Positions 9,032-18,372 of a DNA stretch of 64,000 nucleotides are shown here, in pieces (within the stretch, counting starts at the first letter, position 1; each line of letters starts with the position of its first letter). A model generated the notes under the pieces. It did no database searches. It was not told the origin of the DNA and saw nothing but the letters and a program-made list of their open reading frames with translations. The DNA comes from Candidatus Bathyarchaeota archaeon (GTDB lineage Archaea; Thermoproteota; Bathyarchaeia; Bathyarchaeales; Bathyarchaeaceae), in contig JAOUKN010000001.1 of NCBI GenBank assembly GCA_029882515.1, positions 5,298 through 69,297 on the forward strand, given 5' to 3'. A program made the position numbers and the translations under genes.

Positions 9032-9712
9032 TCAGGTGAGATCGGTAAATATCAATTCTCTTCTATTCTTGCCAACCATTCTAATCGCACCCATTTTTCT
9101 GAGACAATAAGTCATCTTTCGTGTTAGGTAAAGGGGGATTCCTGTTAGATCTGCAAGGCTTCGGTTAGTGAATGGTCTTTCAAGGTCATTTGGCAAAAAT
9201 CTGCGAAAATCAACTTCATCCTTCAGAAAAACTCTATCCCTGACATCAATCAATTTTCTGTCTTTAATGCTTACTCCCCTTCTTCTCCAGCTTCCCTTGC
9301 CATCGTTACATCTTATCTCTTCTTCCTCAATCATCAAAACGTCCAACGAAAAATTCTCTCTAGCAATCAGATTAGGGATACTCACTAGCTCATAGAATAG
9401 ATCAACCAGCTTTCTCTTTCTCGGAGACTTTCTCTTACTTATTAATTCGCTTGACTCTGTAGTTCGAACTATCCATTTCCTCTCTGGAATGGGATACACT
9501 AGTCGGACTTCATGATTTTCAACCAAACTTGAAAGTTTCCTTTTAATAGCCCGAAAACTCTTGGTTTGAACTTCAATCAGAAGACTTCCCCTTAAAATGT
9601 CAATGATGAACCCATCTATCCTAGCCTCAAATCTGTCTTCTGGAAGTGAATACCACTCTTTGATCGCTGAATGAAGTAAATGTTCGTTCATTATTCCCCG
9701 AATAGATGACAT
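9032..9712 (-). CDS. PD-(D/E)XK nuclease-like conserved protein
   Basis: 'EHLLHSAIKEWY', 'IIDILRGSLLIEVQT'; C-terminal helix-turn-helix-like segment. Confidence 0.7.
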   Translation of the reverse strand: MSSIRGIMNEHLLHSAIKEWYSLPEDRFEARIDGFIIDILRGSLLIEVQTKSFRAIKRKLSSLVENHEVRLVYPIPERKWIVRTTESSELISKRKSPRKRKLVDLFYELVSIPNLIARENFSLDVLMIEEEEIRCNDGKGSWRRRGVSIKDRKLIDVRDRVFLKDEVDFRRFLPNDLERPFTNRSLADLTGIPLYLTRKMTYCLRKMGAIRMVGKNRRELIFTDLT

Positions 9713-9955
9713 GGGATAATAGCATTGTTAACACTAAGGAATATACATCAAAAGGTATTGGCGCGTGCCTTTCACTTCCAAGAACTCTGCAGTAGAACCG
9801 ATCTGATACTAAAGATTTGGGAAAGAATCCTCTACCCAAACCAAAAAAAGGGAGTTGTGCGGGAGACATCTCCACATGCCTTTGGTTTATTTGCGCGCGC
9901 GTGTAGTATTCTGGACTCGCTTAGAGGAGAGGTGCGTGCGCATAGTATGTGTGCA

Positions 9956-10403
9956 TTAAGGAGGAGTTGGCGTTCCCGGCTGTAAGTTAAGGTTTTCAAC
10001 ATATCCGTCTATCGTGTATGCTCCGTCCGCCGCGTATTCCTTGTGAAAAGGAATATAGAGGTATTGGTAATTATCGTTCCACCCTGTGCAATCGCCAGAA
10101 TCCCAAACTATAGTTCCGCTATGGGAACCTGTTCTAAGCGCTAGCCTAAACGTTGAGCCAATTTTCGTGACAGTAACGTAATAGGTGGTTCCCACATCCA
10201 TATAGATGCCTGTAAACCTGCTTGATGCCGCAAAGCTATCAACGTCATTATGCAATGCCATAAACGTGACATAGTATTTTGTGTCATCGCTTGGCTTTTT
10301 CATAATGTAATAGAAAAGTCTGTCATCATGATGCGGATATGGATGGTCATTCGAGACAGCATAAGGAAACACCATAAGGCTATATAGAGCAGGGTCGTTT
10401 CCT
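9956..10403 (-). pseudogene. internal fragment of an extracellular beta-sandwich (lectin-like) protein
   Basis: Y/T/D-rich ORF without signal peptide; frame stays open upstream of the ATG (GNDPALYSL) up to the CG tract at 10404. Confidence 0.55.
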
Positions 10404-10433
10404 GCGCGCGCGCGGATCCTTCTTCGCGCGCGC
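10404..10433. repeat. double (CG)n tract forming an inverted repeat
   Basis: GCGCGCGCGCG-GATCCTTCTT-CGCGCGCGC. Confidence 0.9.
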
Positions 10434-10500
10434 CAAGTGTATTAGTCCATGTTGAAATTTGTGCGGGCGCATCTTGAAGACGCCTTGGGGGTTCCGCGCG

Positions 10501-11469
10501 TTACTGAAATCTTTCAGATACAAGATCCCCTAGCAGAGTTAATTTCCCTTGCTTTGTTAAACCCATACGTTCAAATTTTGGGATCAATTCCTTTTCGTTG
10601 GTATATTTGCGCGCCTGTCCCATAGCGATTCCCTTTAGGGCATCAATGGCTTTAGGTCTCCCTTTTATCCATTTGTAGAGCTCTTCAACCTTGCTCGCAC
10701 GAGTAGGTGCTCTTTCCCAATAGTATTGGAATAAATCCTCACACCATGTGTGTGCTCTTTCATCTGTGGCTGTGAACCCAAGATAGTCAAATTTTTCATC
10801 TGGGAGTGGGAAGGCGACCCCTGCTACTTCTCTCTCCGACATGGAAAGGAATACGTCTAGCCGCTCTAATATCCTCTCTTCCAGAAAATCTGCAATCCTA
10901 GCTCTATCAAAGGCCTCCCTGTCGTCAGGGAGATAATGATAGCGGTAATAGTCAATAGGCTCTATGTTTCTTACGCTCACCTTCCGTTCAACTGCTTCTC
11001 TGAATAAGGGGATAGTGTTAACGAGGTATTGATCAGCAATTGTCCAGATATACTCCTCCGCCTCACGCATCATCTTCTCAATGTCATAAAAAGCGACCAT
11101 AATGTTATCTGTACGGTGTGCATCTGCCAATTCACCTATTCTACACAAAAACTGAGAAGGAACATGAGCCAGAGTGTGGGAAGTGAAATAGTCATTGTGC
11201 TGCGATATGAATCTTAATCCCCCAAGTTGTTTCAAGACAACTTCGCCATAAAAGGTCACATGATGTAGACCTTCAACGTCCTTCTGAGTTAATCCAACAT
11301 CGCTTAATCGGGAAACGTGTCTGCTTGTCTCTTGAGTAGTGAGATCCAACGCCTTTGAGAGACGTGTGACATTCATTGCCTTCTTGTCCAATTGATAGAG
11401 TATTCTAAGTCGGTCCTCGTTTGAGAGCTCGAACAACAAGTTACAGAACTTCTCCAACACAAACACCAA
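10501..11469 (-). CDS. ArsR-type HTH transcriptional regulator (COG4742/DUF1724-like)
   Basis: 'LLFELSNEDRLRIL...QETSRHVSRL', C-terminal 'WCEDLFQYYWERA'. Confidence 0.85.
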   Translation of the reverse strand: MVFVLEKFCNLLFELSNEDRLRILYQLDKKAMNVTRLSKALDLTTQETSRHVSRLSDVGLTQKDVEGLHHVTFYGEVVLKQLGGLRFISQHNDYFTSHTLAHVPSQFLCRIGELADAHRTDNIMVAFYDIEKMMREAEEYIWTIADQYLVNTIPLFREAVERKVSVRNIEPIDYYRYHYLPDDREAFDRARIADFLEERILERLDVFLSMSEREVAGVAFPLPDEKFDYLGFTATDERAHTWCEDLFQYYWERAPTRASKVEELYKWIKGRPKAIDALKGIAMGQARKYTNEKELIPKFERMGLTKQGKLTLLGDLVSERFQ

Positions 11470-11614
11470 CTATTGATCAATCTTGAATTTCCTCGGCGAT
11501 ACTAACATTCCCACATTGTTCTTAACTTCCTCTATCAGATATTAATGTTCCCAAACTCTTCTTGCGGAGACTTTATCACAAAAGTCTTGGATGTTTGATA
11601 GTAGGTGAAGAAAA

Positions 11615-11848
11615 ATGGGAAATGGAAAAATGAGTTTGAACAGATTGAAAATACAGAAGGTGCTTCGATTGGTTGGAATGAACGGAGGTTTTGAGCAGTC
11701 ATCGGGTCTCCAACAACAAGTTGTTCATGGAGGCGTCTCTTCAGGCAACTATCACAACAATTGGAAGGAAATCGAAGCTGCTTCATTAGAAGCAGAATAC
11801 AATAAAGCGAAAGCACTAATGGAACTGCAGAAACGATTTATCTGTTAA
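11615..11848 (+). CDS. small hypothetical protein
   Basis: RBS-like AGGTGA upstream; helical C-terminus 'LEAEYNKAKALM'. Confidence 0.5.
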   Translation: MGNGKMSLNRLKIQKVLRLVGMNGGFEQSSGLQQQVVHGGVSSGNYHNNWKEIEAASLEAEYNKAKALMELQKRFIC

Positions 11849-11899
11849 AAGTCGCCACTGTCACAGAAAAAACACACGCGCGAAATTGCGGATGAAAAA

Positions 11900-12145
11900 A
11901 TGGAACACACATTCTCTATAGAGATCAGGTCAAGGATGCATGTCAAGTCAATAGAATACTGTTGCTCAAGCAAGTCCAACGACCGGGTGTTGTTCGAGGG
12001 ATCTCTAGGTAAACTGGAAGAACTATCCATGGTCGAAGGCAAGGTTCTGGAGATAAAGGGTACAAATGGGATACTGAGAATAGATCTTAGCGAGGACATG
12101 CTGTGTAAGATGCTCTCTCATACGCACCCGCGCGCGAGACTTTAA
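11900..12145 (+). CDS. conserved small hypothetical protein
   Basis: 'HTFSIEIRSR...VLFEGSLGKLEELSMVEGKVLEIKGTNGILRIDL'; last codons lie in a CG tract. Confidence 0.7.
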   Translation: MEHTFSIEIRSRMHVKSIEYCCSSKSNDRVLFEGSLGKLEELSMVEGKVLEIKGTNGILRIDLSEDMLCKMLSHTHPRARL

Positions 12146-12300
12146 GTAGTTATTTAACGTTTCAAGCTATAGTATTTCAAATGAGAGAGAATTCCTATGA
12201 GAACAAAACCATGCAATCCCACGTTCTCAGTTCAAACGAGCAATATTTGGAATTGTCGATGGATAAATGTAAAAACACGGAAACACAGAACGAAGGGATT

Positions 12301-13203
12301 CTAGGATGCTTTACGAAGGAAGTTGGTGAGGATTGTCACTATCGTTTCGGGGCAATCTTCCTGTAACCAGTGGCTGGCGTCAGGCAACTCGTAGCTTTTC
12401 GTGCGAGGATACACTTTCTTCCACCAATCGAGTGTTCTTTTGGGAAAAATGGGGTCCTTCATTCCCCAGATTATGATTTTTTCTTTGTCCCTTAGGAGAT
12501 CCAAGTTCCGTTCAATTGAACGCATAGTCTTAGCGCTAGGATGGTCATCTCCGACTGGAATATCTCTCGGAAAAGCTATGGCTCCGATACAAGAAGCACG
12601 ATTCGGGAAAGGCGCTGTATAAGCACGAATCACAGTCTCACTTGGAGGTCCACTCACAAGGGTCGCTGCAAACATCCTTGGAATGAACGTCGCCATATTG
12701 CCGAGAACATCTTCGTAAATTCCTTTTTCTTCCATGTCAGAAATCCAAGTTTTTGCGCCTGCAGGTAAGACCCCTACCCCCGTATTCATAATTACCAACC
12801 GTTTTACCTTTTCAGGATGGGTGGTAGCAAAACCCAAGGATATAGGACCTCCCCAATCCTGACAGACCAGCGTGATATCTTTCAAATCCAATTCAAGGAG
12901 AAGTTTTCTGAAGTTGTCGATGTGTTGAGCCAAAATGTAAGGCTTATCTTGAGGAACATCACTTTTGCCAAAGCCCATATGGTCCGGAACTACTACACGG
13001 TTAAACTTGGATAAGGGTGTTATGAATTTTCGATATAAATAACCCCAAGTTGGTTCTCCATGAACACAAACCATGGGCTCCCCTTTTCCTTCATCAACAT
13101 AATGCATCTGAAAACCATTTATCTCTCTGAAGTTCGGCTTGAACGGAAACGTTCTATCAAAAGTCTCGTTACGAATATCCTCCTTCAAACAACCATTCTC
13201 CAC
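12301..13203 (-). CDS. haloalkane dehalogenase-like alpha/beta hydrolase
   Basis: 'MHYVDEG', 'HGEPTWGYLYRK', nucleophile 'QDWGG', 'ASHWLQED'. Confidence 0.92.
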   Translation of the reverse strand: MENGCLKEDIRNETFDRTFPFKPNFREINGFQMHYVDEGKGEPMVCVHGEPTWGYLYRKFITPLSKFNRVVVPDHMGFGKSDVPQDKPYILAQHIDNFRKLLLELDLKDITLVCQDWGGPISLGFATTHPEKVKRLVIMNTGVGVLPAGAKTWISDMEEKGIYEDVLGNMATFIPRMFAATLVSGPPSETVIRAYTAPFPNRASCIGAIAFPRDIPVGDDHPSAKTMRSIERNLDLLRDKEKIIIWGMKDPIFPKRTLDWWKKVYPRTKSYELPDASHWLQEDCPETIVTILTNFLRKAS

Positions 13204-13378
13204 ACACCCGTAACTGGTGCCTAGTTAAATCTCTTAGGTTTTCATTAGAGAGGAAAAATGAAGAGTTTGCGGGAGATAACCACACTCTATGTTGTGCGCA
13301 GATTAGTTTTGAACCCTACAGCATTCTTTTAACGTTGATTGTAATTCTTTAGGGCGCGCGTATCAGTCACAAGAAATA

Positions 13379-13642
13379 TTAGAGCATCAGATCACTGATG
13401 GTGTGAAGGTGTTCGAGAAACTTCACGCCCTTCTGAGTGGTTGTATAAACTGTCTTCTCACCTTTCATGGTCTCCTGCAAGAGCCCAACGTCCAAAAGAA
13501 AAGCCATGTAGCCCTTCAACTGATCAAAACTCAAATTTGCCCCATACATAATGTGGGTCTTCAAGCACCCGTTCTTCGTCATCTCCAAAATCTCAGCCAT
13601 AATGTACGTTCGATTCCGGCGTTTATGCCCATCAGACACCAA
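13379..13642 (-). CDS. winged helix-turn-helix DNA-binding protein
   Basis: 'RRNRTYIMAEIL...KTHIMYGANLS...YTTTQKG'. Confidence 0.9.
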   Translation of the reverse strand: MVSDGHKRRNRTYIMAEILEMTKNGCLKTHIMYGANLSFDQLKGYMAFLLDVGLLQETMKGEKTVYTTTQKGVKFLEHLHTISDLML

Positions 13643-13851
13643 CTAGCTCTCCTGCAACACCATTCTGTAATTGTCTATGACATTCTTAAGGAAGCGAATT
13701 CTAAAAAGGGGTACTCCTGCAACACTAATATTCTCCAAAGAAACTATTCGATTTGGTGCACAAAACAATGCGCACGCAGTCAAGCCAGTTCTCTATTCTG
13801 ATTCTTTTGGTGAAAAAGTGATAACGAAGCGCCCGCTTTCACCAATGGAAT

Positions 13852-14235
13852 TTAGAAGGCGGATGCTTTTTCCTTTAGCTCCTTTATCCTTTTCGTAAGT
13901 TCCGTCTGTTCCTTTTCTTTTCCTTGTGCTTTGTAACTGTCTAGAGCGTATTCGAGTGCACTGATGGCAAACCGGTCGAAGGCTTTCTTTAGGGCAAGGT
14001 CGGCTGCTTTGAGAAATCGTTCAGCGGCAGGGTCATACTCTTTAAGCAGATAGTTGCACTCCGCCGCCTTAAACAGAGCGTATGAAGCGTCGAAGTAGTT
14101 GCCTTCCTTTTCGTAGAGTTCGCTGGCCCTGAGAAATTTTTCCAACGCTTCATCATGTTTGCCAAGGTCAGAAAGGGCTGTGCCTTCCTTATGAATCTTG
14201 ATTGGGTCTTCTTTGGTTGGCTGCTCACTTTCCAT
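13852..14235 (-). CDS. TPR/SNAP-like helical repeat protein
   Basis: Repeated 'A..F.KA..LY' helices. Confidence 0.75.
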   Translation of the reverse strand: MESEQPTKEDPIKIHKEGTALSDLGKHDEALEKFLRASELYEKEGNYFDASYALFKAAECNYLLKEYDPAAERFLKAADLALKKAFDRFAISALEYALDSYKAQGKEKEQTELTKRIKELKEKASAF

Positions 14236-14483
14236 GCTTGATCCCTTTAACGGTTTGTTAACAATAGCTTACAAAGTTTATAAATTGTATTCCCATGCGA
14301 GAAAGGGTCGGTCACATGTTTCGTTGAAAGCGAGCTTTGTCGCGCTATAAACCTCATTGTATAGGCTTTTGTGAGACTTCCAATATTCATCTGGCTCCCC
14401 CGTAATTCCTAAGCGAAAATTTTTCAACCGACTCGTCTCAAATACCAAATCAGTCTCTTAGATGATTAAAAGGTGAACTGAAG

Positions 14484-15224
14484 GTGTTGAGCAGATTCAA
14501 AATTTGTGATGCGCACGTCCATCTGGGTAGGTCAGGACCGTGGCAACCCTACTCAAAGCCCACTATATTCGTGGAGGAATTAATCAACCTCTTCGATCAA
14601 TTCAACGTTGAAAGAGCCATTGTCTTCCCTAATCCAAACGTAGGCGATAAATATCCAGAAACAAACGATTACATCGCCCAATGCGTCAACAAATACCCTG
14701 ATCGTCTTGTAGGATTTGGACGCGTCGATCCGCGGAGAGGAAAAGACGCCATAGATGAAGTTATACGATTCAAAGAGAAGCTGGCTTTAACGGGGCTCAA
14801 GTTGCATCCTATGGTGGAATGCTTTAGACCTGACCACCTATTCTTTGACAAATTCTTTGCGAAGATGACTGAGTTGCGAGTGCCACTTCTCATTCACACC
14901 GGGAACGGCTTCTCATCTCCAGGGCTGATACTTAAGGTTGCCAAGAAATATCCAGACCTAACAATCATCTTTGGACATCTGAGAGAAGGTTGCATCAACG
15001 CACTGAAGCAATCAGAAAATATCTATGTAGAAACCTCAGGCACCCTCCCAGAATTCATAGAAATCTCAGTGGACATTGATGAAGATTGGGTTTTATTCGG
15101 CTCAGATGTGCCTTACTACCGTTATCCAGTGCAAATCGCTATAGTGGATGCTGCCAACATCTCTCAGAAAGCCAAACGAAAGGTATACTGCGAGAATTTC
15201 CAAAGACTGTTTACGGCCACATGA
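14484..15224 (+). CDS. amidohydrolase family protein (Amidohydro_2)
   Basis: 'DAHVH', 'GLKLHP', 'IHTG', 'VLFGSDVP'. Confidence 0.92.
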   Translation: MLSRFKICDAHVHLGRSGPWQPYSKPTIFVEELINLFDQFNVERAIVFPNPNVGDKYPETNDYIAQCVNKYPDRLVGFGRVDPRRGKDAIDEVIRFKEKLALTGLKLHPMVECFRPDHLFFDKFFAKMTELRVPLLIHTGNGFSSPGLILKVAKKYPDLTIIFGHLREGCINALKQSENIYVETSGTLPEFIEISVDIDEDWVLFGSDVPYYRYPVQIAIVDAANISQKAKRKVYCENFQRLFTAT

Positions 15225-15733
15225 TTCAGTGCACGGAGAAAATGTTGTTAGCCGTTGAATCACTTCCCAGAAATGGAGTCTATACCCTTATCCTATTCCT
15301 GTTAAGGGAAACCAGCTTGAAAATCGGAGCGCTAGGCACTCGAAGATTTCCAAAGGGTTACTACACATATACCGGTTCGGCCTTAGGTCTCGGGTCCTCT
15401 AGTTTGAAACATCGTGTCTTAAGGCATTTGAAGAAGAAGAAACGGAGATTTTGGCACATTGACTATCTGCTGGGTCACAAAAATGTATACCTAACTGGGC
15501 TGGTTGCTGCCGCAACTGACACAAGAGCAGAGTGCAAAATAAATCGTTACATCAAAATAAAGGAAAACGGGAAAATCCCCGTTTCACATTTTGGTGCTTC
15601 TGATTGCAAGAAGAACTGTGGAAGTCACCTTCTCTATTTTGGTCAAGAAAACATTACGCCGAAGATCGCAACGCTGTACAAAAGCATGTTAGAAATCGAA
15701 CATATTACCGTTGATTTCACTGAAATGGTCTGA
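15221..15733 (+). CDS. GIY-YIG nuclease family protein (DUF123)
   Basis: 'GVYTL...GYYTYTGSALG', 'WHIDYLL', 'FGASDC...C.SHL'; start uncertain. Confidence 0.88.
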   Translation: MIQCTEKMLLAVESLPRNGVYTLILFLLRETSLKIGALGTRRFPKGYYTYTGSALGLGSSSLKHRVLRHLKKKKRRFWHIDYLLGHKNVYLTGLVAAATDTRAECKINRYIKIKENGKIPVSHFGASDCKKNCGSHLLYFGQENITPKIATLYKSMLEIEHITVDFTEMV

Positions 15734-15784
15734 TTCACTATTTATAAGGCAAGTCCTTTACTATCCCCACACAAAGCAAGCAAG

Positions 15785-16255
15785 TTGGCGGTTCTCCTGT
15801 TTCTCAAAGTGAAGCCTGCAACCATAAACGACCTAGACGTGCTTCATGAAATTGAGAGAGAATGTTTTACCATAGAAGCTTTGCCCAAAGAGCAGATTGC
15901 TCGACTTTTGGAGAATCCCAACACCATAAGCTTAGGTGCGTGGATACTTGAGGAAGTTGCAGGCTTTATCATCGGTTCCATCGAAGATCTTGACGAAACA
16001 AAAGCTGGCCATGTATATACATTAGACATCGCGGTAAAACATCGAAGACAAGGGATTGGACTCAGGCTTCTTACGGAGTTGGAACGCATCTTTACTGCAA
16101 AAGGTGTGGAAACGTGCTATCTCGAGGTTGGTGTTGATAATGTGGCTGCGCGTGAACTTTATCGAAAGCAAGGTTATACAGAAGTTGATACGCTAAGCGA
16201 TTACTACCATAAAGGAGGTCATGGAGTTCGCCTCGTAAAGCGATTAAAGACGTAG
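15785..16255 (+). CDS. rimI: RimI/Ard1-like GNAT N-acetyltransferase
   Basis: 'HVYTLDIAVKHRRQGIG', 'LEVGVDNVAARELYRKQGY', 'YY'. Confidence 0.85.
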   Translation: MAVLLFLKVKPATINDLDVLHEIERECFTIEALPKEQIARLLENPNTISLGAWILEEVAGFIIGSIEDLDETKAGHVYTLDIAVKHRRQGIGLRLLTELERIFTAKGVETCYLEVGVDNVAARELYRKQGYTEVDTLSDYYHKGGHGVRLVKRLKT

Positions 16256-16293
16256 TCTGTAACAGGCAATTTCATGAGCCGTTATAGATTATC

Positions 16294-16746
16294 TCAACCA
16301 GATGTCTGTGGGTCTGCGTCGAAAGACAGTAGATAAAGGTTGGTCTTTTCATCTAGCTTTCGCTGCAACGTTACACCTGTATTCTCCATCAGGGTCAATT
16401 CTGCAGTCGCAGCTACAACGCAACCTGGCAACAAGTGTCCACCCAAGACTTCACCCTTTCTGTTCGAAACTGATAGGTGTGCGTGAACGACCAGTTCCTT
16501 TTCGTCTTTAAGCGAAATGTTTCCCATGCAAGAAACAATTTCTACGGGTTCATCGATGTGGATGGGTTCGTATTTGCCGTCCTGGTAAAATCCTAGTGTT
16601 GCCTTCTTTAGAGTACCAATGAGAACGAAGAACCCAGCCTTGGTTCCTGTCTGCTTTGCAGCGTCAGAGATGGCTTCAAGCAAGTCTTCATCTTCAAACA
16701 ATCTAGCGAAGATGACGACTCCAGGTTTTGATTTAAGTGTCTTCAC
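16294..16746 (-). CDS. PPC/DUF296 domain protein
   Basis: 'EIVSCMGNI', 'HAHLSVS...GGHL'. Confidence 0.92.
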   Translation of the reverse strand: MKTLKSKPGVVIFARLFEDEDLLEAISDAAKQTGTKAGFFVLIGTLKKATLGFYQDGKYEPIHIDEPVEIVSCMGNISLKDEKELVVHAHLSVSNRKGEVLGGHLLPGCVVAATAELTLMENTGVTLQRKLDEKTNLYLLSFDADPQTSG

Positions 16747-16749
16747 TTT

Positions 16750-17382
16750 TTATAATTCCTCCATTACACTTTTTTTGGGGCCAAATAACAATGCCAAGAA
16801 GACTCCAGAAATGAATCCTCCTAAATGAGCCGAGTGAGCGACATACGGTAACCCTCCTGAAACAAAATAAGCTGTTTCCATGACAATTAGTAGAAAGACA
16901 AAGATGATGGCAGGGAGGGGAATCGGGATGAAACCGAAAAAGGCTATCACTCTTCGAAAAGGAAAAAGCGTAGCGTAAGCCGCGAGAATACCGAAGATTG
17001 CCCCCGAAGCCCCAATAGTCGGGGTATACGATGCACTATCAAGGAAGGCGTGGAAGAGTCCAGCGACAATTCCAGAGAGCAGATAGAAAGCCAAAAAACG
17101 AGAACTGCCGATAGCTCGTTCACAGTCGTAGCCAACGAACAAAAAGACAAGCATATTCAAGAGTAAGTGAAGGATGTCTCCATGTAAAAACATGGATGTC
17201 AACAAAGTATGAAGATATTCTCCCTGTACAACTAGAGCAGGGATCAGCCCGAAATTCCAGATGTAATAGTCAGGATTCTGAAGTTCCAGAAAGTAGATGA
17301 AAAGGTTAGTGGTTATCAACAAGTAAGTGATACCCAGAATCTTAGAAGCCAAACATCTTTCTCCTCTAACAACTCGCTCCAT
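16750..17382 (-). CDS. rhomboid intramembrane serine protease
   Basis: 'TSMFLHGDILHL..NM', 'GASGAIFG', 'AHSAHLGG'. Confidence 0.95.
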   Translation of the reverse strand: MERVVRGERCLASKILGITYLLITTNLFIYFLELQNPDYYIWNFGLIPALVVQGEYLHTLLTSMFLHGDILHLLLNMLVFLFVGYDCERAIGSSRFLAFYLLSGIVAGLFHAFLDSASYTPTIGASGAIFGILAAYATLFPFRRVIAFFGFIPIPLPAIIFVFLLIVMETAYFVSGGLPYVAHSAHLGGFISGVFLALLFGPKKSVMEEL

Positions 17383-17471
17383 TTATCAAGCAACTGTTAA
17401 AATGCTTTTGGTAAAGACAACACTAGTGCTACCGGCTACTTCGTGCGCGCATTTGGCGTTTCCACTAATTT

Positions 17472-18221
17472 CTAAAAAGCTCCGCCTGTGACCTTGATGA
17501 CTTCTCCTGTTATGTAACTGGATTCATCGGACGCTAAGAAGACTGCAACGGTTGCGACATCTTCTGGCTTTCCAAGCCTGTGATTGATAGCTCGGTATTG
17601 CAGAAAAGGAATCATTGTGCTTTTGACTTTTTCGGGGATAGCTCTTGTCAGTTCGGTGTCAATGAACCCTGGACATATCGAGTTGATGTTGATTCCGTGT
17701 TTTGCCATTTCTCTCGCAAGGCATAACGTAAATCCTATTACTCCAGCTTTACTGGCCCCATAGTTGGTTTGCCCAACGTTGCCAGACACACCAGCCATGG
17801 AGCTTATAGTAATTATCTTCCCGTATTTCCTTTCCACCATATGCTTGAGAGCTGCCTTAGTGCAGTGAAAGACTCCTTTTAGATTCACCGCCATCACCTT
17901 ATCCCAATCTTCCTCAGTCATTTTCAGAAACAAGGCATCCCTCGTAATGCCAGCATTATTAACTAAAATATCTATTCGTCCAAACCTATCAATCGCCGCG
18001 TCAATTATCTTCTCAGCTTCTTCTCTTACCGAAACATCCGCCACAACGGCAACCGCTTTGCCACCCAAACTCTCTATTTCTTTCACAACATCATTGGCTT
18101 TCTCAGCGTGTACATCATTGATCACCAGATTAGCCCCTTCTCGAGCAAAAGCAAGGGTGATAGCCCTTCCTATTCCCCTGGCCGATCCCGTTACTACCGC
18201 TACTTTACCGTTAAGTCGCAT
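17472..18221 (-). CDS. fabG: 3-oxoacyl-ACP reductase-like short-chain dehydrogenase
   Basis: 'TGSARGIG', 'NNAGITRD', 'YGASK'. Confidence 0.9.
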   Translation of the reverse strand: MRLNGKVAVVTGSARGIGRAITLAFAREGANLVINDVHAEKANDVVKEIESLGGKAVAVVADVSVREEAEKIIDAAIDRFGRIDILVNNAGITRDALFLKMTEEDWDKVMAVNLKGVFHCTKAALKHMVERKYGKIITISSMAGVSGNVGQTNYGASKAGVIGFTLCLAREMAKHGININSICPGFIDTELTRAIPEKVKSTMIPFLQYRAINHRLGKPEDVATVAVFLASDESSYITGEVIKVTGGAF

Positions 18222-18372
18222 AGAATTCACCTCTTGCCTTTTCTCCATGCATCCATATTTAATGATTTTTGAGTCACTCCACTAAATCCATATTACATAC
18301 AATACCCTGTGAAAAAGTTGAAGCATATTATTAGGTTGAACTCAGAAAGGTAGTATTCAAGAGGGTCTATCA

